Part shown: piece by piece, positions 51,006 to 64,000 of the stretch
Position numbering within the stretch: the first letter of the stretch is position 1
Layout of the letters: every line of letters starts with the position of its first letter
Assembly (NCBI GenBank): GCA_013265495.1
Contig: MU058244.1
Span: 250,001-314,000 of the forward strand
Origin: Vicugna vicugna
Lineage: Eukaryota
Length of the DNA stretch: 64,000 nt
Reading direction: 5' to 3'
Made by a program: the position numbers and the translations under genes
The notes under the pieces: model-generated
What the model was told of the DNA's origin: nothing
The model's input: only the letters and a program-made list of their open reading frames with translations
Database searches by the model: none

Positions 51006-53781
51006 GTCTCCGCAGGGCTGCTGTAGACCAGAGCCGGGGTTTGTCTCATGGCCAAGACCGCTCCATCAGGTTGTTCTCCCTCCCCCAAAGGGCGTTCGGG
51101 CTGCAGGACCACCAGGCCCCCGGGGCCACTTTCTTCACTGTGGTTGTCACAGGGGCTGTTGGGAGGAAGCCATTCCCCTCCAAGGCCTGGTGCTTGAGGT
51201 CGGGGGTCCAGAATTGAGGTCAGATGGACCTCAGCCTTTCACCAGCTGTGGGACAGCGGGAGAGACTGTCCTCGCCACGCCCACATGCCTCGTGGGGTGT
51301 CGTGATGATGGCTGAGCTTTCAGCAGAGTGGGCGCCTGGCACCTGCTCTGGGTGAGACCCTCTCACCAAGGGAAGGGACGTCTGTAGCGGGGGCAGAAGC
51401 AGCCTCTGGAGACCCACTTGGGGCTCCTCTGGACCCCGCATGGAGGGAGGGTCTCATGTATCAAACAGCGTAAGTAAGTGGACTGTGAATTGGTGGAGGA
51501 GCCAGCCCATCTGCTGAAACCACGGCTTTTCCTTCTGGTTTCCTCTGTGAGCAGTGTCTCCTGCAGGGCCTGTCGGGAGGTGCGCTGGGCGGCAGGTCTG
51601 TGGGTGCGGGAGGAGGCCTCTGTGCTCGGCTGGCCCACGGTGAGTACAGGTGCCTCACTCGGGGGTCCCGCAAGTCAGAGGGTGGAGGACAGGCTGTTCT
51701 GATGGCAGGGCCACCAGCCGGCTCAAGTCCTCCCTCACTCCCGTGGCTGTGAGTCCTGTGATCCCAATTTCTCTTTCCCGCTGCGTGTGATGAACTGGAC
51801 CCTGTGCCCACAAGCACTCGGTGGGAATAGACAGCCCCACATGGCAGGAGCCTGCTGGGGGACAGCTTGGACAAGAGCCTCCTTCGTGGCTCAGCCCTTT
51901 GCCACCTGGAGCTGAAATCTCAGAGATGAGTCCCCTCTTTGCCCCAGCCTGCTCCTCTGAGAGCTGGGGGTGAGGATGGCACCAAGAGTAAAGGCTGGAT
52001 TTTATCCACCAATTGCTGAGCATCAGGCGCTGAATGTGCCATCTCTCCTTTTCCTCAAAGACCCTCTGGGGTTGGTATTAGTGTTGCCACACGGACAGGC
52101 TGGTACCATCAGGAGACCCCACAGTGGCTGAGCAACAGAGCCGACACCTCCACTGGGGTCTTGACCACCTGAGTGGGTTCTGTGGCCTCCTGGTGACGCC
52201 CAGCCTCGGTTAGAGCTCAGAGCCCCGCTCTGCCTGGTCAGCAGGCGTCGTGTTAGCTGTGGGTCCCGGTGCCAGCACAGCTCTGTGTGTGGCAGAGGCT
52301 CAGCAGGTCACTCTGAGTGACTGAAGGAGTGCAAGTCACAGGGAGGGAGAAAGAAGGGATGCAGAGCCCCGACCCCGACCCCTAGCTCAGCAGGGAAGCT
52401 CCTGTCGGGAGACAAGGCAGGTGCTGAGGAGCTGGGCACCTCTCTGCAGGGAGAAGCTGTAGCTGAAAATCAGCTCTGACTGGCTGTGTGTAACAGGGCT
52501 TCTACAGAAGCATAAAAATAACTTGCTCCATTAAAGAAAACTAGTTTCTTGGGGATCCCCGCAGCTGCAATTTGAAATGGGCTGCGTGAGGCTGGAGAAC
52601 AGGTCACCTCAGAGGGTCTCAGCTGCCCAGCCTCCAACTCCGAGCACCCTACTCTCCCAGGGAGCGTGAAGTCCAGGCTGCCCCGTCTGGCCCGAGACCA
52701 GGCCTGGATGTCACCATGTTCCATGCACCCAGAGCAGCCCCATCCGACTCAGAGGTGACAGGATGTGACAGTTGCTGACAAGCAGTGGGGACACTGCCCC
52801 CCATGCAGCCCAGGAGATGACAGCTGCTTCCCTCTTGGCCTCATCAGGGTGGCATATCTGCCCTGGGCAGTGTCCAGCCCCAGGCCTAGGTGACCAGGGA
52901 CACAGAATGCTGGTGGAGAAACAAGTTAATGAGCTCCTGCGGGGGTTTTTGGGCAGAGCCGGGCACCTTCCTGGGAGGCAGGCCTGGGCAGCACAGGACA
53001 CAGCAGTGGCCTAGATTGCCAGCCAACCCTCACCTGCTGGAAGGTTCCACACGACCCTGTGCGCGGGGCCTAGGTTGTGCCCAGTGCGCAGAGGGCAGAC
53101 CCAGGTGCACGTGTGCCCGTGGGAGGGTGGGGGTGTGTGTGGGTGGCTAGCGTGTTTCTGTGTGGATGGTGTGCACACGTGTGAGGCAGGAAGCCACAGT
53201 GTAGGCCTGGGGTTCTGAGTCCAGGCTGACAGAAGCCCTCACTTCCCCGGGCCCTCATGCATACCGAGCGCTGGGGCAGCCGTCGCCTGCCTCCATTCTC
53301 CCGGGCATCAGCAGGAGGAAGGGGTGGTTGGGCCCACACCTGCCCATGCGTACAAAGCCACACTCGGCACCGAGGCCTCAAGGGCATGCTCAGGATAGGT
53401 GTCACCCAGCGGAGGAGCCGCCTCTGGAAGCCACTTCTAACCTGGGCCCCAGGGGCTGTCGTGGCCACCCCTGCCTCCTCTCCGTCCATCAGCCGCTGTT
53501 TGGTCAGTTGTCCAGGCAGCGTCCCCCGTCCGGCTGCTGTCTCTCCACAGCAGAGCCCCGGGCTGGGGAGCCGGCCGGCTGCTGTGCCCATTCCCACTCC
53601 TGGCTCCACCCCCTGTGGCCCCATGGTCAGTGCGTCTCAAGCTCAGCCGCGGCTCAGGCTCCTACTTCGGGCCGCCTCTTTGCCAGCATTTTCTCTTTTC
53701 CTCCTGTCAAGCTTTGCTCCATTTCACGCAAAATTAAGTTGGAAGTGATTTCAGTCACTGCCAACCCTGAGACGACTTTTT

Positions 53782-56700
53782 TTCTTTCTTTCTTTTTTTT
53801 TTTTAACATTTTTTATTGATTTATAATCATTTTACAATGTTGTGTCAAATTCCAGTGTTCAGCACAATTTTTCAGTCATTCATGGACATATACACACTCA
53901 TTGTCACATTTTTTTCTCCGTGATTTATCATAACATTTTGTGTATATTTCCCTGTGCTATACAGTGTAATCTTGTTTATCTATTCTACAATTTTGAAATC
54001 CCAGTCTATCCCTTCCCACCCTCTACCCCCCTGGTAACCACAAGTCTGTATTCTCTGTCCATGAGTCTTTAGATTCCACATATGAGCGATCTCATATGGT
54101 ATTTTTCTTTCTCTTTCTGGCTTACTTCACTTAGAATGACATTCTCTAGGAGCATCCATGTTGCTGCAAATGGCGTTATGTTGTCGGTTTTTATGGCTGA
54201 GTAGTATTCCATTGTATAAATATACCACTTCTTCTTTATCCAGTCACCTATTGATGGACATTTAGGCTGTTTCCATGTTTTGGCTATTGTAAATAGTGCT
54301 GCTATGAACATTGGAGTGCAGGTGTCATCCTGAAGTAGATTTCCTTCTGGATACAAGCCCAGGAGTGGGATTCCTGGGTCATATGGTAAGTCTATTCCTA
54401 GTCTTTTGAGGAATCTCCACACTGTTTTCCATAGTGGCTGCACCAAACTGCATTCCCACCAGCAGTGTAGGAGGGTTCCCCTTTCTCCACAGCCTCTCCA
54501 GCATTTGTCATTTTTGGATTTTTGAATGACGGCCATTCTGACTGGTGTGAGGTGATACCTCATTGTAGTTTTGATTTGCATTTCTCTGATAATTAGTGAT
54601 ATTGAGCATTTTTTCATGTGCTTTTTGATCATTTGTATGTCTTCCTTGGAGAATTGCTTGTTTAGGTCTTCTGCCCATTTTTGGATTGGGTTGTTTATTT
54701 TTTTCTTATTGAGTCGTATGAGCTGCTTATATATTTTGGAGATCAAGCCTTTGTCGGTTTCACTTGCAAAAATTTTCTCCCATTCCGTAGGTTTTCTTCT
54801 TGTTTTATTTCTGGTTTCCTTTGCTCTGCAGAAGCTTGTAAGTTTCATTAGGTCCCATTTGTTTATTCTTGCTTTTATTTCTTCTAGGAGAAAATTTTTG
54901 AAATGTATGTCAGATAATGTTTTGCCTATGTTTTCCTCTAGGAGGTTTATTGTATCTTGTCTTATGTTTAAGTCTTTAATCCATTTTGAGTTGATTTTTG
55001 TATATGGTGTAAGGGTGTGTTCTAGCTTCATTGTTTTACATGCTGCTGTCCAGTTTTCCCAACACCATTTGCTGAAGAGACTGTCTTTATTCCATTGTAT
55101 ATTCTTGCCTCCTTTGTCGAAGATGAGTTGACCAAAAGTTTGTGGGTTCATTTCTGGGCTCTCTATTCTGTTCCATTGGTCTATATGTCTGTTTTGGTAC
55201 CAATACCATGCTGTCTTGATGACTGTAGCTCTATAGTATTGTCTGAAGTCTGGGAGAGTTATTCCTCCAGCCTCTTTCTTTCTCTTCAGTAATGCTTTAG
55301 CAATTCTAGGTCTTTGATGGTTCCATATAAATTTTATTATGATTTGTTCTAGTTCTGTGAAATATGTCCTGGGTAATTGGATAGGGATTGCATTAAATCT
55401 GTAGATTGCCTTGGGCAGTGTGACCATTTTAACAATATTGATTCTTCCAATCCAAGAGCATGGAATATCTTTCCATTTTTTAAAGTCTTCTTTAATTTCC
55501 TTCATCAATGGTTTATAGTTTTCTGTGTATAATTCTTTCACCTCCTTGGTTAGATTTATTCCCAGATATTTTATTACTTTGGGTGCTATTTTAAAGGGGA
55601 TTGTTTCTTTACTTTCTTTTTCTGTTGATTTATCGTTAGTGTAAAGAAAGGCAACTGATTTTTGAACATTAATTTTGTAACCTGCTACCTTGCTGAATTC
55701 TTCGATCAGCTCTAGTAGCTTTTTTGTGGACCTTTTAGGGTTTTCTATATATAGTAACATGTCGTCAGCATATAATGACACTTTTACCTCTTCTTTTCCA
55801 ATTTGGATCCCTTTTATTTCTTTCTCTTGCCTGATTGCTGTGGCTAGGACTTCCAGGACTATATTGAATAGGAGTGGTGATAGTGGGCATCCTTGTCTTG
55901 TCCCAGATTTTAGTGGGAAGCTTTTGAGTTTTTCACCGTTGAGAACTATGCTGGCTATAGGTTTGTCATATATAGCTTTTATTATGTTGAGATATGTTCC
56001 CTCTATACCCACTTTGGCGAGAGTTTTTATCATAAATGGGTGTTGAATTTTATCAAATGCTTTTTCTGCATCGATTGAGATGATCATGTGGTTTTTGTCC
56101 TTTCTCTTGTTGATGTGATGTATTACATTGATTGATTTGCGTATGTTGAACCAGCCTTGTGTCCCTGGGATGAACCCCACTTGGTCATGATGTATAATCT
56201 TTTTTATGTGTTGTTGGATTCTATTTGCTAAAATTTTGGTGAGGATTTTGGCGTCTATGTTCATCAGTGATATTGGCCTATAATTCTCTTTTTTTGTAGT
56301 GTCTTTGCCTGGTTTTGGTATCAGGGTGATGGTGGCTTCATAGAATGAGTTTGGGAGTATTCCCTCCTTTTCAATCGTCTGGAAGAGTTTGAGAAGGACT
56401 GGTATGAGTTCTTCTTTGTATGTTTGGTAGAATTCCCCGGTGAAGCCGTCCGGTCCTGGACTTTTATTTGTAGGGAGGTTTTTAATTGCTATTTCTATTT
56501 CCTTTCTAGTGATCGGATTGTTCAAGTGTTCAGTTTCTTCTTGATTCAGTTTTGGTGGACAGTATGTTTCCAGAAACTTGTCCATCTCCTCTAGGTTATC
56601 CAGTTTGGTTCCATATAGTTTTTCATAATATTCTCGTATGATATTCTGTATTTCTATTTTGTTTGTTGTAATTTCTCCATTTTCCTTTCTTATTTTGCTA

Positions 56701-57476
56701 ATTTGTGCTCTCTCTTTTTTCTTCTTTGTGAGTTTGGCCAGAGGTTTGTCGATTTTATTTACTTTTTCAAAAAACCAGCTTTTGGTTTGGTTGATTTTTT
56801 CTATGGTCTTGTTAATCTCTATTGTATTTAATTCCTCTCTGATCTTTATTATTTCCTTCCTTCTGCTGCTTTTTGGGGCTTTTTGTTCTTCTTTTTCTAA
56901 TTGATTCAGGTGGTGGGTTAACTTGTTTATTTGAGATTGTTCTTCTTTTTTGAGGAAGGCCTGTATCGCTATAAACTTCCCTCTTAGCACTGCCTTTGCT
57001 GTGTCCCATAGGTTTTGAGTGGTTGTGCTTTCATTATCATTTGTCTCAAGGTATTTTTTAATTTCAGCTTTGATTTCCTCATTGATCCATTGTTTTTTCA
57101 ATAACATATTGTTTAATCTCCATGCTTTTCTTTTTTTCTCCTTTGTTTCTCTGTTGTTGATTTCCAGTTTCATGGCATTGTGGTCAGTAAAGATGCTTGA
57201 GATAATTTCTATCTTCTTAAATTTGTTGAGGTTTCTTTTGTGTCCAAGTACATGATCGATCCTGGAAAATGTTCCATGTGCACTTGAAAAGAATGTATAT
57301 TCTATTTTTTGGGGGTGTAATGCTCTGAAAATATCCACCAAATCTAGTTTTTCTATTGTAGTATTTAATTTCTCTGTTGCCTTGTTTATTTTCTGTCTGG
57401 AAGATCTGTCTAGTGATGTTAATGCAGTGTTAAAATCTCCAACTATGATTGTATTCCCATCAATATCGCCCTTTAT
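53782..57476 (-). mobile_element. Young 5'-truncated LINE-1 insertion
   Basis: Perfect 16-bp TSD CCTGAGACGACTTTTT (53766-53781, 57477-57492); TTTTT/AA endonuclease site; poly(A) tail and AATAAA at the left end; open ORF2. Confidence 0.98.
54069..57476 (-). CDS. L1 ORF2p (partial endonuclease, reverse transcriptase, CCHC), N-terminally truncated, no native start
   Basis: 1090-aa ORF (54069-57341) that stays open up to the truncation point ([17 protein letters not shown]...); motifs [43 protein letters not shown]. Confidence 0.93.
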   Translation of the reverse strand: MKGDIDGNTIIVGDFNTALTSLDRSSRQKINKATEKLNTTIEKLDLVDIFRALHPQKIEYTFFSSAHGTFSRIDHVLGHKRNLNKFKKIEIISSIFTDHNAMKLEINNRETKEKKRKAWRLNNMLLKKQWINEEIKAEIKKYLETNDNESTTTQNLWDTAKAVLRGKFIAIQAFLKKEEQSQINKLTHHLNQLEKEEQKAPKSSRRKEIIKIREELNTIEINKTIEKINQTKSWFFEKVNKIDKPLAKLTKKKKERAQISKIRKENGEITTNKIEIQNIIREYYEKLYGTKLDNLEEMDKFLETYCPPKLNQEETEHLNNPITRKEIEIAIKNLPTNKSPGPDGFTGEFYQTYKEELIPVLLKLFQTIEKEGILPNSFYEATITLIPKPGKDTTKKENYRPISLMNIDAKILTKILANRIQQHIKKIIHHDQVGFIPGTQGWFNIRKSINVIHHINKRKDKNHMIISIDAEKAFDKIQHPFMIKTLAKVGIEGTYLNIIKAIYDKPIASIVLNGEKLKSFPLKSGTRQGCPLSPLLFNIVLEVLATAIRQEKEIKGIQIGKEEVKVSLYADDMLLYIENPKRSTKKLLELIEEFSKVAGYKINVQKSVAFLYTNDKSTEKESKETIPFKIAPKVIKYLGINLTKEVKELYTENYKPLMKEIKEDFKKWKDIPCSWIGRINIVKMVTLPKAIYRFNAIPIQLPRTYFTELEQIIIKFIWNHQRPRIAKALLKRKKEAGGITLPDFRQYYRATVIKTAWYWYQNRHIDQWNRIESPEMNPQTFGQLIFDKGGKNIQWNKDSLFSKWCWENWTAACKTMKLEHTLTPYTKINSKWIKDLNIRQDTINLLEENIGKTLSDIHFKNFLLEEIKARINKWDLMKLTSFCRAKETRNKTRRKPTEWEKIFASETDKGLISKIYKQLIRLNKKKINNPIQKWAEDLNKQFSKEDIQMIKKHMKKCSISLIIREMQIKTTMRYHLTPVRMAVIQKSKNDKCWRGCGERGTLLHCWWECSLVQPLWKTVWRFLKRLGIDLPYDPGIPLLGLYPEGNLLQDDTCTPMFIAALFTIAKTWKQPKCPSIGDWIKKKWYIYTMEYYSAIKTDNITPFAATWMLLENVILSEVSQKEKEKYHMRSLICGI

Positions 57477-58934
57477 CCTGAGACGACTTTTTAAATAGTG
57501 ACAGGATTAATGTCCCACCTCCCAGGCAGGGCTGTGGGGACAAACTGGCTAATGCAAAGCCCACAGGGAAGAGGAAACTGCTGGTCTGTTTCAGCGTGCA
57601 GATTTTTCCCCTGAAGGTTTGCTTCCCTTTGAAGAGGTCCACACAAAGCTCTGCACAGATCCCACTTGTTCCTGATCCTTGAAATTTAACTTGTAAATCT
57701 TCTCCACTGCCTTACTGGTCAGACCAAAATTACAGATATGAACTACCATGAAGCATGGGAGGGAGGCCAGGCCGTCAGCAACACCTCCGAGCAGGGAGGG
57801 GGCCTCTGGGGAAAGCTGGGCGCTCCGCCCGGCTGGGTTCTGGCTCTTACCCTCACGGCAGACTTGCCACCCCTGCACCACCTGTTCCCATGGGAGCTGA
57901 TGGACGCCTGTCTCTGCAGCCGGGATGTGCCTCCCTGGCCCAGGCTTCCTGAACCCCCTCCTCTGGTCTGCTGTTCCTCTGCTCAAGAGGGAAGGTAGGA
58001 GGGGCATATTATACTCTATTAGTTGATAGAAAGTGTGGGAAGCAATTAGCTGTAGTGAGTGCTCAGGAAATGGTACTAAATACATGTATTGATTTGAGTT
58101 CTTGAGTAAAGTCAGGTTGTGGTCAGGGCGCAGCCCTCCATTCTGAGAGAGAACGTTCCATGCATGAACGTATTGGGAATCTCAGTTCCTTCCTGGTCTG
58201 CACCAGGGTGACCTTGGAATAGGGATCAGGGCTCCATGTTCTCCTGACCATGCCTGCCACTCAGGCTCTTTGTGAGCCTCAGGGCAGCTCAGAGATGAGA
58301 AAGCAGACTGCACTTTCTCCAGGATCCGGGGTGGCGGGGGGACGGGGTAGACAGGAGCCCAGGGCCAGCTTGCTCAGCCTTCTGGAGGCTGCCAGCCAGC
58401 TAGGCAAGGCCCCCTGGGCAGGGCAGCCCCAGCCATGGATGTGGGCTGAGACCACAGCAGAGCAGGCAGGACAGCACACCTGCCCATAGGCTGCGGCTTG
58501 CACCCAGGTCAGACAGCGTGTTTGTGCGAGAAGGAAGGGCCCCCAGGGACAGATTCCAGTGTTAACCGCCAGACTGGACACCAGGAGAAGGTGGTCTGCA
58601 TTGGGTGAGCTCATTAAGGACCCTCTGGTCCCAACAGGCCAGAGTGACGGGGCCCTCCTGAGGTCTGTGATGGGTGTGAATGCCCACGTTTGTGTTCCCG
58701 AGCTGTGAGTCTGTGTGAGATGGGCGTGTCCAGATATTGAGTGTGTGCGAACCGTGAGTGCAGGGGTGTGAGCCTCCGATGTCCTCGGAGATGCAGGAAG
58801 CCCAAGCCAGCCCTGCCGTCTGCGAGCACATGAGGCGTGGCTCCCTAAGCCCTGCTCCCCTTCAGAGGGGAGGGGCGAGGTGATGAGTCTTCAAGCCGAC
58901 AGGCTGGTGACTCTGTGCTGCGGGCGTCAGTGAC

Positions 58935-59065
58935 CCGGGTCTGGGTTCAGATCCTGTTAACTGAGGACTGGGGACCATTCGGCGGCTCACACCCCCACTT
59001 CCCTCCTCCGTAGAGTGGGTCTCACAGACCCGCCGCAGGGTGGTCAGGGCTATGAGAAGGTCCCC
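58935..59065 (+). mobile_element. MIR SINE relic
   Basis: 'ctgggttcagatcctg...cttccctcctccgtagagtggg...gcagggtggtcagg' resembles the MIR core; highly decayed. Confidence 0.4.
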
Positions 59066-60828
59066 GTGAGCACTCGGAGCAGCACCCCTTGTCACCCCTT
59101 GTGGTGTGCTCCCACCCACTCTGTTTTCAGGGCTGCACGAGCATTGTCAATGCTGTGGGGGAGCCCACCCTGAGAGGCTGATGCTGGGGGGTCCCCTGCA
59201 ATGCAGCTCCCCTGCTGCTCCTCAAGCTCACCGTGCAGTTCCTGCCTCAGGGCCTTCGCACATGCTGCCCCCTCGCTGGGGCTCCTCCCTCTACCGGCAA
59301 GCAATGGGCTCTGTCCCGTCAGTAACGTGACCCCTCCTCATTCAGCCTGACCCCAGACCCCCAACTGGAGAGGTGACGCCCCTCCTGCCCCCCACTCCTG
59401 GGCCCCTCATCCTGTCCCCTGCTTTACAGCCATCACCACATTTATTTGTCACAAGTTATACAATTAGTCTGTTTAAGGTGCTCCCCACCAGCATGTGAGC
59501 TGCCAGAAGGCCACCCCTGATTTTCTATTGCTGGAAACAACATGGGGGACCCAGCAGGAGTTTTTGAACATGTGCTGGGGAACCAAGTGAATGTTTTAAA
59601 TCATGACTGTATTCTGTTCAGCAGTGGCCCCTCCCCGCTCCGCTTCCCCGTGCAAATTCGGGGTGTCAGCCCCTCCTCAGTCTCGTGGGCTTGAGTCCCT
59701 GTGCTGGACCTTTCCTGGGGGTGGGGACCCTGGAGAAGGCTGGCACGCCCTGCAGGCCATCACTTCCAAGCCCTTCCTCCTGCACGACCACCGTCTTAAA
59801 CTCAGAGTCAGCAGCTCCATGAGGGGCCGTGCTGCACAAATCATCCGCACACCCTAAAAAGCTGTCTCTTCTCTGATGAGGAGAATGTGCTACCATTTCC
59901 TGCCCTCCTAAGAGCTGGAGGTTTATTGGCATTTTATTGACTCTTAATTGGACTACAATTTTAAGCAAACCAATGAACGTGCCCTTTAAAACAGCTGTAT
60001 TTTTATGGGCACTTGTTTCCACAAATTCAGAGTTCAGTGTAAGGATTCAGGTCAGTGAAGCAGAGCTTGCCGAGGCGGATTATGAGCCCCTGCGCAGCTG
60101 CCCTCAGAACAGCAGTGCTTGAAAATGGTTTATCTTCACACGTCCTTCCTGAGCGAAAGCAGCCTCCCAGTGTCACGTGACCCAGCTGTGTGACTGTGCA
60201 GGACCCTTGATTCTGTGTGAGGTGGAGGAGGGTCTGCCTGTGCGTAGACCCCTCCCCAGCAGGTCTGGCAGGAAGCACCGGCAGGTGTGTGCCGGACAGC
60301 TCCGGTCTGTGTCTGGGGCTCTGCTGGGGCCTCCCTGGAATTCAGGGGCTCACAGACCTATGGCTGCAATAGATGCAAGAGATAACTGATGAGATTAACT
60401 TAATTTTGTAATTCCTGCTCCCCAGACAGTCCCTAATGGAGCAACGAGTACTCAGATCCCTAACTTTAAAGAAGACAACTTCCAGATTCTTAAAGTTCTT
60501 GGAGAGGTGTTTATGCCATCAGCAGTGCTTAGCTGCTGTCACACATTAGCTCTTGGGGTTCGGTCGTCACATCAGGCACCCACATCCGCCTCGGTCCTCT
60601 CCTGAGCAGAGAGGAGAGCTCTAACCACGGGGGTGCAGTCCTGCCCTCAGGAGGTGGGAGCCCGTGGCACACACGTTTGCGAGCACAGCCACCATATCCC
60701 ACCATACCCCACGGTTGCTGGGCCCGGGTTGCCGCTTGGTTGTACGTCGGTTGGTTTCACCTACTGACCGTCTTCTCCAGGGATAAATGAGTGATTAGTT
60801 CCCCACTAGGGGTGGACGCCTTCAGAGT

Positions 60829-61110
60829 GGCTGTAACAAGTTACCACAATCTCAGTGGCTTAAAATGACACAAGGTTATTCTCCTGCAGTTCCAGAATCC
60901 AGAGTGCAGACTGAGTTCTGTAGGACAAGTTCTCCAGGTGCCGGCAGGGCTGGCCCCTCTGGAGGCTCCCGGAGAGACTCTGCCGGCCTCCTCCAGCGTC
61001 CCCTCCTCTGCCCTCACAGCCAGCAGTGCCACATCCTCTGTCTCTGCCTCTGCTGCCTGGCCTCCTCTCTTCTGTCTTGACCATCCCGCCCCCTTTATAA
61101 AGACCCACCC
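60829..61110 (-). mobile_element. MaLR LTR relic (MLT1D/E-like)
   Basis: 'gctgtaacaagttaccacaatctcagtggcttaaaa...gcagggctggcccctctggaggctcc'. Confidence 0.75.
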
Positions 61111-64000
61111 AAGAAAGCCTCCGTCCAGACACATATCTTTGTTACGAGGACGAATGCCTCCTGCCTAGAAGGTCACAGAGTCAGCCCTGAGTCAGCCTAC
61201 CACACCCACATCTGGAGAGAACGCAGCCTGGGGTCCTTCTCCCTCCTTGGGCACAGGCTAGAGCCCCAGCCACAGGTCACAGGGCCGGGAGGGGGCAGGG
61301 TTGGCATCTGCATGCCTCGTTCTGAGCCTGGGGAGCCCTGGAGCCCCACAGCCACCCATCAGAGACCTCTCGCATAGGCACAGACCACACCCTCCTCTAC
61401 AGGAGGGAGCTAAGTCCCAGGCCTCTTACCCTGCTGGTCAGGAAACTCACTGTCGGAAACTTGCGTGTTTCAACTCCCCGTGGCGATAACCCCCCACCCC
61501 CGGTCCCCTGGCCCTGCACTCACTGCCCCCGGGAGAGGTTCCGAGCAGGCCCTGGGCCCTGGGCCCTGGGCCCAGGAACAGAGGGGTCAGGAAGGGACGA
61601 GCCCTTCTGCCTGCGGCCTTATTGGAGCACTCTTCCTTTCTCCCGCCCTAGTCAGCGCCCAGCCCCGCCCCTGCACGGCTCCCAGCTCCTGCTGGTGTAA
61701 CTGGACGTGAAAGGAGAACTAACCCTGCCCCCTTGTGGAGAGGTGGTGGATTGTGTATTCGGGATGGATCCTGGGAACTGCTCTCATCGCTTTTAATAGA
61801 GCAGTGCCTTCCTTGGACGCTCTGCAAACCAAGATGGACAGCTTTCCCAGCAGCTTTGATGGAGAGCAGAGCCCACCTCAGCACGTCAGCACCCCTCCAG
61901 GGATGGGAGGGAGGGACGTTCGAAAAAGAAGAAAACCTCTAGGATGCCCCTCTCACCCAGAGAGCTGTTTTAATCGCCGGGTTGGTCCGACGCCAAGTGT
62001 GGCTGGTCCCACACGCTCCAGGCGCCTCTCCTAGCCGGGCTGCCAGCCTCGCTCATGGTGTGGGGGCCCCACAGACGGGCCTTTCTCCCCAGCCTGTGGT
62101 TTGGTTTTAGGTTGTTCTCAGTGACAGGCACCTGCCTTGATCAGAACACTTAAGAGCTGGACAGACACTGGCTGAGGAACAGCCATTTCAAGCAGTGAGA
62201 CGGGCAGTGGAGATGACGGACGCCTGGCTTCCCAATACCCTGGCCCTCGTTTGCCCTCCTGGGCACGGCCAGAGCAGGGGTGCCTGAGAGTGTGATCATG
62301 TGTGTGTGTGTGGGGTCCCTCTGCACATCTGCAGGGGGACAGGAGGGTGTCCTCATGCTTCACCCCCCACGACCCCACCAGAAAGTCATCCAGGAAGCAA
62401 GGGCTAAAGGGTGTCTTTGAAGCTGACCCTGGGCCCCAGGCTGTATCATGCAAATCCCTTCTGAGAACAGATGAGCATGAGTGGTTCACCAGGCTCGGCA
62501 GAGTGCCCGGGATAGAGGTCTTGCCAAGGATGCGACCGACAGCCTTCCCCCTTCCAGTCCAGACATGTGGCCCAGAGGCTCTGATGGTCACAACTCGGCC
62601 TGGTCAGTCAGCTGGGTGCGGGTGGGGGTCATTTGGCACGGTGGGCTCCAGGAAGCCACTGCCCATTGGGTTAACATTTGGCAACTACCAACCCTGCTTA
62701 GAAGGCCTCCCCGCCAGGTACCCACATCACTATTCAGTGAATGTGTGACCCCTTGACCCGTGAAATTGTGGCTGGAGTGGGAACAGAGAGGGGTAGGGTC
62801 ATCAGAAGCACCGAGGTTTTGCAGAACACGTGTGCAAGGTGTCCTTCAGGCTCCTAGTCTGGGCTACACTGTTGCTGTACATGCAGGGTTCCCCTCCAGT
62901 TGAGGGGTCCTCGCTCCTGGACCAGATGCAGCTTTCCTGAGGGAGCCTGGACCCTCACGCTCACAATCAACAAGGCCTCTGCCCTGGCCTGGTCCCCACG
63001 TCCTGGACCCCTACCAAAGGACACCTACTGTCACTTTGTGTCAAGCAGCACAGAGGCCTCACTGTTCCATAAAGAACAAATTTGTTTCTGCTGACTTTCC
63101 AGAAATAGCCAGTGCACGCAAAGACGAGCCTCCCCTTCTCCCAGGCTGACTGCAGGTGGGCGCAGCCTGGCAGCTCCAGATTCTGTGAGCTTCCGAATCC
63201 AGGACTGGGATGTGATTGGTGTCTGGACAGCAGGTTGGCCCTGCGTTCAGCTCTCTGAGCTTCCCTCCCCAGGGGTGGTGCTGGCCTGGTCCACGTGGTT
63301 CTGCGTAGCAGGGGCGGCTTCCTGTCCCTCTCAGGCCCTGCGGGAGGCCTCCACCTGCTCGTTTCAGGGGCATCTACTCTGGGCGGAGCCTGCACGTAGG
63401 CCCTGGGGCCCTGGGGAGCTAGGAGGGTCCCTGCCCTCAGAGAGCACCTCGCTGGATGAAGGGGTCGCATCCACTTCCTAATAGGAGGCCTGGGGTCCCC
63501 TTCCAGGACACTCCCTCCTGGGCTCAGCAGGAAGTGGACCTGCTGAGAACTGGGAAGAGTCTTCCCCCTTTCCCTCAAAGAAGTGGGAGCTCAGAGGGGA
63601 ACTGGGGAGGGGAGGTGACGCCTTCAGGCCACAGACCCCAGGTCCTGCTGGGGAGGAGTGGCCTGGGGGTGAGACTGAGCTCAGGGGAGAGGGCATTCTG
63701 GGGCCCCTAAACTGCAGGGAGTGGCTGTACTGCAGGAGAGGTGGTGTGATGGGGGCTGTGGCTAGTTCTGGGGGTGTCTACACAGAGGCCTCTTGCAGGG
63801 GTCATGGGAGCCTGGAAGGGCCATTTGCCCAGAAGATCTCTGAGGGGCTTTGGTCTTGGCTCCAGCACCCCTCCAGTCGCACCCCAGAGTCACATCCAGA
63901 CCTCTTCTCACTGGAGACAGAGGTTCTTGTGTGGGATCCGGTGAGCTGGCCAGATCCAGGCCCTGTGGCCTCTGCTGGGCCAGTCCTCACATGGAGGTGC

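Noticed and set aside
50147..51112. Cys/Val-rich ORFs (also 12770-13430)
   Set aside because: Translations of simple repeats.

Overview
Mammalian genomic DNA, GC-rich, most likely camelid (two tRNA-derived SINEs match the camelid Vic-1 type as I recall it). The window opens with the first coding exon of FAM20C (Golgi casein kinase) on the minus strand (ATG at 513, running off the left edge) inside a CpG island. The remaining ~62 kb is upstream sequence with no other recognisable intact host gene. It contains a second, orphan CpG island (~25.5-26.2 kb), five ERV1-type solo LTRs with candidate target-site duplications (three exact), MaLR/ERVL relics, a decayed near-full-length L1, a very young 5'-truncated L1 with an uninterrupted ORF2 frame and a perfect 16-bp TSD, an RPL12 processed pseudogene and simple repeats. 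The most unusual structures are: (i) a ~0.7-kb non-TE element duplicated 35 kb apart, with a 285-bp identical core inside more diverged flanks (gene-conversion-like); (ii) a chain of overlapping uORFs in the FAM20C leader; (iii) GC-ward decay of the RPL12 pseudogene; (iv) the orphan CpG island and exon-like segments downstream. I found no convincing novel protein-coding system; most ORFs in the track are chance ORFs of GC-rich or repetitive DNA. Repeat family names come from recalled consensus sequences and need RepeatMasker/Dfam confirmation.
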